DNA of 64,000 nucleotides from contig BDTM01000128.1 in NCBI GenBank assembly GCA_002898015.1, positions 138,418 to 202,417 on the forward strand, read 5' to 3'. How positions within the stretch are numbered: the stretch's first letter is position 1; the number at the start of each line of letters is the position of its first letter. Of the stretch, positions 20,701 through 28,000 are shown in pieces. The notes under the pieces are model-generated. The model was not told where the DNA came from. It did not search any database and was given only the letters and a program-made list of their open reading frames with translations. Source of the stretch: a bacterium BMS3Bbin03 (GTDB lineage Bacteria; Zhuqueibacterota; JdFR-76; BMS3Abin05). The position numbers were made by a program, and so were the translations under genes.

Positions 20701-23099
20701 CGCTTTCCGTGCAAAAAGACACGCTCCTCTATTCCGTCGGCACACGCGTCACGTGGGGGGTTTTAACACCGGATTTAACGCAAGGTCCGGACAGCTTATT
20801 TATGAAAATTCTTACCGCGCCCAAAGACGAAAATACCCTGAAAGCGGCGTCCGTTGCCAAAGGGTTGGATACCGTTGTGGTCAATACAATCGGCACAAGT
20901 CAGATCCTGAGCCGCGGCACAATCGTCGGTCCTGCGGGCGCCACAGACGGAGTGGTTTCAACAGAGCAGGAATTTGAAATTGTGAGCCACATCACGGCCA
21001 CGCCGAATTTAACCCAACTCACGGCTTCATTAGCTGTTCCGGCGGGTTATGTGTATCTGTCTCCGAAAACGCAGAGTTTAAGGGGAGACTCCATTGTTTG
21101 GACCATTCGTGCGCCGGAGATTCAGGACCAGGTGACAAAATATCTGATTATCAGTGCGCTGGGAAAGGATGGTTCCGGGGTTCCGGTTGAAAGCGCCGGA
21201 GATAGTCTGTTGATTCAGGCCGTTAAAAGAGCGAATCTTTCTCTGGATGTGTACATTACAGAGCCGCAAGGCGCAAAAGACGGGGTGCTGACGGCGGGGC
21301 AGCCGTTCATCGTTCGTGCACTGGTTACAAACAGCGGCCGGGCGAATGTTTATGGAAACGGGACTTTAAAAATAAAATTTGGTGCGACGGGCGTCACCAC
21401 GAGCGAACCGGCGGAAAAATCCTTTGTGCCGGGAGTTCCGGTGGATTGGCGGGTGCAGGCACCCGATACCGTCACGGCCGAAGCGCTGGTGCGGGTGATA
21501 ATGGATTCGATTCCATACGATGAGAATTCCAACCGCCTGTCTCTTGTGTCGGTTGACAGTAAAAATCTCCGAATCGAAACCGTTAAATCGGCGACACTAA
21601 CGAATAAACTATCGATTTCCAGTCCGGCCGGTGCAAAAGACGGCATTGTTTCGACTTACCAGGAGTTTCTTGTGGAAGCCGTAATTCAATCCGAAGGCTG
21701 CAAAAACATTACGGCCGAGCTTATCTTGCCGGAAGATTTTTACACGGAAAATCGCGTGAAGACTGCCAACCCGGGTTACTTTGTGGTCTCCTGGAATGTG
21801 CGTGCCTCCTCGGAGCCGATGGCAGATAGGACGATCGAGGTTATTTCACGCGCGTATGACGCGAATAATGATACCCTGAGAGTGGTCAGCAAACCGGACA
21901 GTGTCGAGATCATGACGGTCAGCCGGGCGAATGCAGCCGTGGCGGCTTCGATTACCGATCCGCCTCAGGCGGCGAATGGTATTATTTCCACACAAGAAGA
22001 ATTGACGGTGACCGGAACGATTCAGAATCTCGGGCTGTCGGCTTTTAAAACGGAGGGGAAACTCAGGATAATCGTTCCGCAAGGATTTGTGCTGAAAAGC
22101 GATACGGTTCAGCAGACACAGCTTTTTCAGGCAAGCTGGCTCGTGCAGGCCCCCAGTCGTCCCACGGTTTCGCCTGAAAATATCCGGATTGAATTGGTTG
22201 AAACACCGAAAGACGAAAATACAGACAAAGCGGCTTTTGTTTCGGCGTTCTCCGATGAAATTGTCCTGACGGTGGAACGGAAAAAGTTCACGATTATTAA
22301 GCGTGAGGATTTCGGACAGGCGTCCGTTGTGAAGGGTCAAAAGAATATCCCTGTGTTGGGATTGATTTTGCGGAATTTGGGGCGCGTGGGTTCAAATGAT
22401 GTCTGGCTGAATGCCTTGACCGTGCAGATTCAGAACCGGGACGGGCGTGCCATTTCACCAAAGGGAAATTTTGCAAGGATTTGGGTAGCCGTCGCGGGCC
22501 ACCCGGATCAAGTTCTGGCAGAGCTGATCAATCCCGAATCCAATCCGCTGAAATTTGTATTTTCCCCGCCCGTCGTTGTGAGTGCGGCGGAAGAAGATTC
22601 GATTTCGATTTTTGTTGATCTGTCCGGCACCTTCGAGTTAACGGATTTCCAGGTCGCTTTCGATGCCGCACAAAATGTGACGGCGATTGACGGCGTGTCG
22701 AAATTTCCGGTGATGATCACCAACGCCGCCGGAGATCCCATTTCATCCCTGAAAATTCAATCGAATTTTACAGTGGTTCTGGATACCAGTTTTGAAAAGA
22801 CATTCGGCAATTATCCGAATCCCTTCGGTGAGATCGGAAAGGAAAAAACGCGTTTTGTGTATTATCTCAAAAATAATATAAATGGTCAAATCCAGATATT
22901 CACCCTGACGGGAGAATTGGTCTGGACGAAATCGTTCGAAGCGGGAAAGCAAAACGGAAGCAAAGGGCTTCACGATGGTGACATTGTCTGGGACGGCACC
23001 AATATGGCCGGACAGAGGGTGGTGAACGGCGTGTATGTGGCTGTTCTGATGACGAAAGACGGAAAAAAGGCTTACACAAAAATAGCGGTTGTTAAATAA
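11718..23099 (+). CDS. Giant (3793 aa) secreted Ig-like-repeat surface protein/adhesin with T9SS-type/FlgD-Ig C-terminal domain
   Basis: Signal peptide; ~30 tandem ~95-130-aa beta-rich repeats; C-terminus NYPNPF...IFTLTGELV...WDGTN..G..V.NGVY...KIAVVK. Confidence 0.85.
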   Translation: MKRIVGILHFSVLFFLSASTLLAGTVGTITLSSYKAGDNAIYTVPFTPTNPLPANGKIVIQFSSSSFTTSSVSLAASNNANLDGGLSIESNTSPTVVIVRDGTGTVTTGGNQLDISFANVGNSTASGTYSLTVTLQDNGGTDIETVGSGSFTITPADLDHFAFGGISSEVAGTNFGITITAQDAYNNTITTANYSLTLTDDTGTLTTISAGTWLSGVIQPTVNITKAAASDKITATGNGISSASGGFAVDAAGVASFTFATISSPQTAGGAGFNITITAKDVYDNVATGFTGSVNLSVNKGDVSPAVTGSFTTGVLTNFNVTINTANTDIQITADDGSHTGTSNAFNVNPGPVASFSISSISTQAAGEPFTLTVTAEDAQGNTATSFAGTVDISDGTGTISPTTSGSFSNGIWSGSVTITGTQTGNTITVTNAAGTESGTSNTFDVAASDVASFEISSVASPQTAGASFSITITAKDANGNTATSFTGTASLSDSTGTISPKLTGNFSGGTWTEDVTITQTFSNNQIVVSAVGKSGSSNAFNVNPAALDHFTLDAINSPRTAGTAFNLTITAKDAYENTVTSYTGTPTISNTTGTISPTTAGAFSNGVRTESVTITKAASSDQITVTDGTKTGTSNTFTVDAGALNYIVIEDAPDGTGSAVGDFSKTTDENTALFAVGYDVNNNFYGNVTVTWSVSGGIGTVSPSSGANTVFNPTTTGTGSVSAADGSGHTDATGTITVTAGNLASLQIRDAAGGGGSVIGNYLMTTDQSLTVYAAGYDADGNYISDQSVTWSSTGLSPSVSETGTSATFSPTATGSGTITATSGSLSAHTGAITVSAGALAAIKIRDEAGGGGAEVTTVSMTTDESRTFYAAGYDADGNYKEDVSVTWASTGNLFPAVSSAGTSVTFAPDSAGKSGTVTADAGSGITDATGLISVSVGALKYVKIVAGASGNGAEYTTGTFSPGDQQVFHAAGYDADGNYIADESVTWSLTGSIGSLSDATGTSTIFTANTVGQGSITADHPTALDDATGTLTVVEGNLDHIVIRDAPGGAGSVVGNVNMTADQTITLYAAGYDAASNYLGDYSVTWSLSSGNLVPVPNGSASSFTFSPTTAPTSGVIKASYNSSITNVTGTISVSVGALARIQIRDAANNGGSEVTTHTMTTDETYTVWTAGYDADGNFIADTTVNWTSSGLTPALSSTGRSVVIDPSKPGTATITATEPNSGLTDNTGAIIVNPGAVSYLLVRSEAGGGGTEVGDMTLTLDDKLTLYAAGYDAENNYSRDVAAAWSVSTGDLDAPSPATGTSTVFSPSTPGTSGKIKADSTGIIGDETGTLTVGNISYVKIRDASGGAGNEVGNLLLTADESITLYAAGYDAGNNYIGDVQVTWSSTGTLAPAVSGTGTSVTFSPTTAPASGTILAHHITATDDATGTITVTPGVPVGTISLSASPTAIPADGSSTSTITSGVIKDSDGNPAAQGTLITVSTSLGTITTSDASASYSGIQVGADSNGRISFTLRAPTSGGTSYISAASVGGSATGSTTVQITNLRIVSISSDYSTVSQGQTNISVRMVVENLGSAPLETATANLTFTDMNGTDRTGEYSGISETGITVSAGATQTVNFLISVGSSATTGSIIIDGNISGTVSGNSVGAGGAATPYSWTVQTPAVLEILSVQTNPDSVSQGQQSVSVVMTVRNAGQASATIDSLKLAFKNGAADVTGDYIQSAASGNPAQILGGATEQFAVLVDVLASAATGTVTLDGAIYGKDDNSLNLISDTGANTTDSWVVAEAAAFQITAMVPSQPAVTAGQTRSWTIKMAVENNSKSIIDLDLDPAKTYLKFIIGSDVTSQYSITTPTALLGGGIRLNAGAKDTLEFVVNITGTTAGIAAINGFVTGSDVVSGKTITDDTNDTGSGSVTVQTPAAIRVTAVTPSQDSVSSGQTASWNVTVAVENTGQSKATLSLDSTFLGFRSGTGYAFLKPSQFQGGGLVLDRNSSGDLVFSITKTAAFSGIDTIDATVGFFENNSGRYLADSTAAGNYGTVNVQTPAALSILKVRPSQPVVTKNQSNHWTAMVVVKNTGQSRAAINFQQASTFLSFSKNGAPLSDYTVQQPSALEGSGGSLLYGGKTDSLKFVITATGADTGTIAIHATFAGVEVNSGRSISANTFGGNSGQVTVQAPPVLTYISGSLSPKSVNRGSNASFDVRVRNSGGATLVLSPSETKFSFSDGVHAFEAVLNDNVVTEIQPGDTTLVFVSTLVPELLATGKYAPAITLSGTQNGNAFQTGLTTDSNELEVLEKAVLDIVSITPSQTQITQGQTKEWFIWVGVANNGGSSIRLDSAQVHLYIGQEVTSEYKITTPAGFWQPDSTEDPVLKGHDTGSLRFVVTKTGQTTGPATIQGRLWVTDLVSGDHLSDQTDGGAGSVKVQAPAKLKINYTLISQSSVTIGQEEDWTVRLNLSNNGESDLMIDTSRIKSYLIFKIGGSTINDFVVKQPTQLYNSLGSGLGTLVLKGGETAQLWFTIDKTTIHIGYCMIYAHVTGVEINSDSTLIEDNYDSGWNGVTIQSESSVQIVSTENMALNKPYVNTGQNFYIRVQVRNNGGEAVKNVKVDLQSNGISQFTPQKLIYRINSASIYSLTFPVKASDQFDSTEIFTARILEAFSVNTGDTIAIAPAADSSDTTTVAQIQKPAALVIREVHPSSDSVLASQTDEWQIYVVIQDTGEANIFLNNFKSSDIVIQINGETQQDYLIQAPDSLMNGGHILYGGQIDTLIYRVKATGHLGGIAAINATITGRDANNFHTLSTSKSASVTVQTSAAIQIIGTTVSAPHIIEIGNAEVNLKQNFKVNVFVENKGNERVNDAVISLRTSGQSQLIDTLQTIASIPARSTRFIQFDVTADSAENLLGENFISRLISGTASVSHLPAVIAIALDSVATVYIEKPARLELQESINDKDRILSANQLFEVRADVVNKGRSKTLGTGKVVLALPDNYRLVRGGDTLSVQKDTLLYSVGTRVTWGVLTPDLTQGPDSLFMKILTAPKDENTLKAASVAKGLDTVVVNTIGTSQILSRGTIVGPAGATDGVVSTEQEFEIVSHITATPNLTQLTASLAVPAGYVYLSPKTQSLRGDSIVWTIRAPEIQDQVTKYLIISALGKDGSGVPVESAGDSLLIQAVKRANLSLDVYITEPQGAKDGVLTAGQPFIVRALVTNSGRANVYGNGTLKIKFGATGVTTSEPAEKSFVPGVPVDWRVQAPDTVTAEALVRVIMDSIPYDENSNRLSLVSVDSKNLRIETVKSATLTNKLSISSPAGAKDGIVSTYQEFLVEAVIQSEGCKNITAELILPEDFYTENRVKTANPGYFVVSWNVRASSEPMADRTIEVISRAYDANNDTLRVVSKPDSVEIMTVSRANAAVAASITDPPQAANGIISTQEELTVTGTIQNLGLSAFKTEGKLRIIVPQGFVLKSDTVQQTQLFQASWLVQAPSRPTVSPENIRIELVETPKDENTDKAAFVSAFSDEIVLTVERKKFTIIKREDFGQASVVKGQKNIPVLGLILRNLGRVGSNDVWLNALTVQIQNRDGRAISPKGNFARIWVAVAGHPDQVLAELINPESNPLKFVFSPPVVVSAAEEDSISIFVDLSGTFELTDFQVAFDAAQNVTAIDGVSKFPVMITNAAGDPISSLKIQSNFTVVLDTSFEKTFGNYPNPFGEIGKEKTRFVYYLKNNINGQIQIFTLTGELVWTKSFEAGKQNGSKGLHDGDIVWDGTNMAGQRVVNGVYVAVLMTKDGKKAYTKIAVVK

Positions 23100-23112
23100 G
23101 TTAGGTTATCGA

Positions 23113-25020
23113 ATGAAAAAATATTTTACGCCCATTTTTCTTTTGTTATTTTTTGCCGCGTTTTTAAATACAGGATTTGCTCAGGAAGGAAGAGGCGGCT
23201 ATCAGAGCATTTTTTTGCTGGGGGCAGGCGCCAGACAACTGGGAATGGGGGGCGCTTCGGTGGCTTTTCCGCAGGACGCGACCACGATTTATTGGAACCC
23301 TGCGGGTATGGAAGAATTGCAGCGAAAAAGTTTCACCGCCTTTTACGCCTCTTTAATGTTGGGAACTTCTTATAATTATTTCGGTTACGTGCACCCAACC
23401 CTCAGCTTCGGCACATTCGGTGTGGGTGTTTCCAGAATTTCCACCGGGGATATTCCTTATCGTGAAAATCACTATCTGGATCTGGGCACGTTTAACTACG
23501 ATCAGGAGGAGTTTTATTTTTCCTACGCAAAAAATATTCGGGATTGGTTTACGGGCGGCGCAAATATTAAAATCGAACGCCAGGTCATTGGCCAATACTC
23601 CGATATTGGCTTTGGAATTGATCTGGCCGCGTTTTACAAATTTGATTTTGATTCGGAATGGCTGAAAAACACACAGGTGGGTGTGATTTATCAAAATGTT
23701 TATGCGCCCCGCTTAAGATTACGGCAATCCGTAGACTACATGCCCAGCATGCTGCGGTTTGGGGTGGCCAAAATATTTTATTTCAGCAATACCGCCTCTC
23801 CGTTTGTGGTGTTGATGGATATCCAAAAAGGAGATCGGGAGCCCGTCAAATTTCATCTGGGGACGGAATACAACTACAACGGACAGGCCATGCTTCGCGT
23901 GGGTGTGAACGATCGCGGACTCACTTTCGGGGCGGGCGCCGTGTACAAGCGATATGAATTGGATTACTCCTACGGAAAAATTGATTCCAGAAACGTGTTT
24001 AGCGGAAGTCATCGAATTTCTTTCGTCGTGAATTTCGGAAAGAGCCGCGTTGAAAAACTACAATTGATTGAAGCGAAGCGCCAGAAAGAGATTGAAGAAA
24101 GAATTGCCCGTGAAAATGAACGGCGGAGACGTGCTCAGATTAAAAAATTACTGGGGGAAGGCAAAGATCTTTACGCCAGCGATGATTATTTCAAAGCGCT
24201 GGTTAAATTTCAGCAGGTGCTGGAGTTAGATCAAAGTAATCCTGAGGCTCTGGATATGGTTGACGAAACAAGAGCCCGAATGACTGAAATTCGTAAAAAA
24301 GAGATGGATCAGCAGCTTTCCAAAATTCAGGAAACCCGCCAGCGTAAGCAAATTCAGAAATTTGTGGATAAACACGTCAACAGGGGACTCGATTATTTAA
24401 AGAAAGGAGATTATGGGTCTGCGATTAATGAATGGAATCTCGCTTTAGATCGACAACCGGACAGTCAGCAGATTAAACAGTACATCGAAGATGCAAAAAA
24501 TGAATTGATGAGCAAGATTACGGAACTCATTGATAGAGCCGACAAGCTGGCCAAAAAAGGCAATTTTGGAGAGGCGAATAAACTTTACAATCAAGCCTTG
24601 CTTTTGAGTCAGGATGATGAAGTGAGGCAGGAAAAAATCCGAAAAAGGATGGCTGAATTAGAAATAAAATTGAATCTTTATGATTATTACCAATCGGGCT
24701 TAATTGCATATCGTTCTGAAAATTGGAAGGAAGCGATGCTGAATTTTGAAAAGGCTCTGAAGCTTAATCCAAGAGACCCCAAAATTCAGGGGTATTACAA
24801 AGACGCGGAGCGTCATGTTCTGGCCCGGAAACAGCAGATGACCCCCGAAATGCTGAAAAAGTTTAACAAGGGTCTTCAGCTTTATGTCGATGATCGTATC
24901 GAAGACGCCATTCAGGTTTGGGAGGATTTATTAAAAAAACAGCCTTACAATAAACAGATTATTGAATCGATTGATATGGCCAAAAAACAATTGCAAGAAA
25001 GGCGAAAAGCACGTAAATAA
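23113..25020 (+). CDS. PorV/PorQ-family outer-membrane beta-barrel fused to coiled-coil and TPR repeats
   Basis: Signal peptide; FL.GAGARQLGMGGA.VA...D.T.IYWNPAG; barrel ends HRISFVVNFG; then an E/R/K-rich helix and several TPRs. Confidence 0.8.
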   Translation: MKKYFTPIFLLLFFAAFLNTGFAQEGRGGYQSIFLLGAGARQLGMGGASVAFPQDATTIYWNPAGMEELQRKSFTAFYASLMLGTSYNYFGYVHPTLSFGTFGVGVSRISTGDIPYRENHYLDLGTFNYDQEEFYFSYAKNIRDWFTGGANIKIERQVIGQYSDIGFGIDLAAFYKFDFDSEWLKNTQVGVIYQNVYAPRLRLRQSVDYMPSMLRFGVAKIFYFSNTASPFVVLMDIQKGDREPVKFHLGTEYNYNGQAMLRVGVNDRGLTFGAGAVYKRYELDYSYGKIDSRNVFSGSHRISFVVNFGKSRVEKLQLIEAKRQKEIEERIARENERRRRAQIKKLLGEGKDLYASDDYFKALVKFQQVLELDQSNPEALDMVDETRARMTEIRKKEMDQQLSKIQETRQRKQIQKFVDKHVNRGLDYLKKGDYGSAINEWNLALDRQPDSQQIKQYIEDAKNELMSKITELIDRADKLAKKGNFGEANKLYNQALLLSQDDEVRQEKIRKRMAELEIKLNLYDYYQSGLIAYRSENWKEAMLNFEKALKLNPRDPKIQGYYKDAERHVLARKQQMTPEMLKKFNKGLQLYVDDRIEDAIQVWEDLLKKQPYNKQIIESIDMAKKQLQERRKARK

Positions 25021-25022
25021 TT

Positions 25023-28000
25023 GTGTTTAAAAAAATAAAAAAAGAAGAACTTCGGGTTCCGGCCGGTGTTGAGCATCTGAAGGATCTTAGAAATTTTGTT
25101 GAAAAGATTGGCAAGAAGCACCATCTTCCAAGCAACGTCGTCAATAGTTTTAAACTGGCTGTTGACGAAGCCAGTACGAATATTATTCGCCATGCTTATC
25201 GGGACACGTCCGGCGAAATTTTAATTCGCGCCATTGTCAGGAAAACAAGTATTACACTTTCGTTAATCGATCAGGGACGATTTTTTAATCCTGCCAACGT
25301 CAAGGATCCGGATCTCAGGCGCTATGTCGCGATTGGAAAACGCGGCGGGCTTGGAATCTTTATGATTCGGAAACTGGTTGATAATATTGAATATTATCAT
25401 ACCGATGAGGGAAATGAACTCAGGCTGACAAAGAAAATCATAAAAAAGCCGAAGAAAAAGATAAGTGCTCCGGGCATTCCCGGTTCGTTACGCGTAAGAT
25501 ACTACGCTTATTCATCCGCAATTTTATCTCTTATCATTCTTTTTGGGTACATTTATTTCTTCGTCCGGCGAAATTCTGAAATACGAAATCAGTCGTTTAA
25601 ACAGGGTGAAGCCGCTGTCCGGGTGTTGGCGAAAAATAGTGCAAATTGGATTGGGACGCCGTCTGAATTAAATCTCAACAAAGAGACGAAGGTCATTTTA
25701 GCCCAAAACCCGAAACTGCTCTCATATGCACTGGTGGTGGATAAAGATGGAACGGTAAAAGGCTCAACCAATTTTGATTTATTTAAAGTTTTCAGGCCCT
25801 ATTCGGGTGTCATTATCGAACAGGATTTTGGTAAAGGCCGTTATTTTGTGCAATTACCGAACGATGAAAAAGAATATATGATTGGCAAGCCTATTTATAT
25901 CGTCGATCGCACGGCATCGAATTCCAAACGGTTTATGGGCAGGGCTTATGTATTTATTTCGAAAAATTACGTCAGTCATCTGGTTTATAAGAAGCGAATG
26001 CAGGATTTAAGGGTCGCCCTTCTGATTTTGTTATTTGGCAATACCGGAGTTGTGCTTCTGGTTACGCTGATTATCAGTCCCTTTAAAAGACTTGCGGTGT
26101 GGATACGAAAGGCGTCTGAGGGAAATATTGAAGATGAAATGGATATTGACACCGCCGATGAAATTGGGGAAATTGCACAGGCTTTTAATGAAATAACGTA
26201 CAAATTTCGAAAATCTCAGCAGAGCCTGCAGGATCAGGAACGCTTGAAACACGAAATGCACCTGGCGCAGGAAATTCAGCAAACCCTGCTGCCGGCTGAA
26301 TTTCCGAAAGTCAGGGGATTTGACATTGCCTCGCACTATGAATCGGCGAAGGAAGTGGGGGGTGATTATTATGATTTTGTTGAGATCAATCAGGACAAAG
26401 TAGGCGTGGTTGTTGCGGATGTGTCGGGAAAAGGGGTACCGGGTTCCCTTGTCATGACCATGATTCGTACGGCTCTCCGAACGGAAGCAAGGGGTACGAC
26501 TTCTGCGGCAGAAACGTTGAAACGCGTGAATAAATTCATTATAGGCGATATTAAAAAGGGGATGTTTGTCACGGTTTTTTATGCCATCCTGGATTCCAGA
26601 ACGCGCAGCCTTACGTTTGCGAGCGCCGGTCATAATCCCATGATTTTATATCGTCCCGCTACCCGAAAAAGCTATTATTTAAATCCTAAAGGATTTCCCG
26701 TAGGAATCAGCTTGAACGATGGGGATCTTTTTAACCGTTCTCTTGAGGATGATTCCATTCGTCTCACGAAGGGCGATATTGTGATTATTTATACGGATGG
26801 TGTCACCGAAGCGATGAATTCCAAAAGAGAACTTTTTGGTGAAGAGCGATTATTGGACACTGTCCGCAGGTATGGGCATCTGTCTGCAAAAGAGTTTGTT
26901 GAAAAACTCAAGACAGAAATCGTTTCGTTTACAGAGGGTCAGATTCAAAACGACGACATTTCGCTTGTGGTGATTAAAGAAAATATGACACAGGAAGAAG
27001 AATATGAAGAGCGAGCCCGTGAGGTCTATTATCAAGTATTAAACCATGTTTCAGCGACACAGGCCTGCAAAGATGTGAATCTGCCGTTTAACACGTTCAA
27101 GAAGTATCAAACGATATTTGAGGAAGTGGGCATTGAAAATTTCCGTTCCGATTATGAAACCGCCGCCGTTGAAGCCCGGCATTTAAGCATCGAAGAGCAG
27201 ACAAAGATTTTTGATGTGATTAAAAAACATCCGGAATACGGAGCGAAACGGATTTCCGAAATGCTGGAGAAGGAAGAATATGGAAACGCCGTTTTAACTG
27301 AAAATCGCGTGTACAATGAGCTTGTTCGGCTAAAGTTGAACACACGTCAATTGCGAGAGAGCTTTATTGCCAGAAATAAACAAAAAAGAAAGATTAAACC
27401 CCCGGGCACTCCCCTGCTGACGTTGGACGGGCGGGTGATTATTGAAGATTCCCGTGCCAAATTGTTCGCTCCCATTTTGGTTAAGACGGAACCCGGAAAA
27501 GAAGTCCCGGAATCCGCGAAGGAGGAGGGCGTACTCTCCGGAGAAGTTGAAGAAATCATTTCCGGATTAGATATCGAGCCGGATAAGGAAAAAAACGCGC
27601 CTGCAGAAGACGTGAAATCGAAACCTGCAAAGAAAAAACGTGAGGAAAAATCCATTTTAGAGAAAGACATCGAAGAAATTGTGCTGTCCGATCCTATCGA
27701 CGTTTTTGATAAAAATCAGGGGACTGAAGAAATTGTGGAGACATCCGGCGCAGAAGAGGATCAAGACGATCTCTTAACCATTGACGGAATCGAAGTTTTT
27801 GAGAGAGAGGCCGGGCCCGCGGCAGAAGAGGAAAATGAAGTTGAAGACGTTTCCGACAAAGACGGGGAAATTTCTTTGGAGAAACTGTTTGATTCCTTAA
27901 CAATGAAGACTGAAAAGGAGAAGGAAACGGATAATGGTTTGGAAGAGGGCATGGACTTGCTGGAATATTCAATCCTGGAAGAAGACCACTTATTGGACGT

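Noticed and set aside
26990-27380. An inserted IS481 element
   Set aside because: No DDE catalytic domain, terminal repeats or frame disruption; only an in-frame HTH-like similarity, reported as a finding
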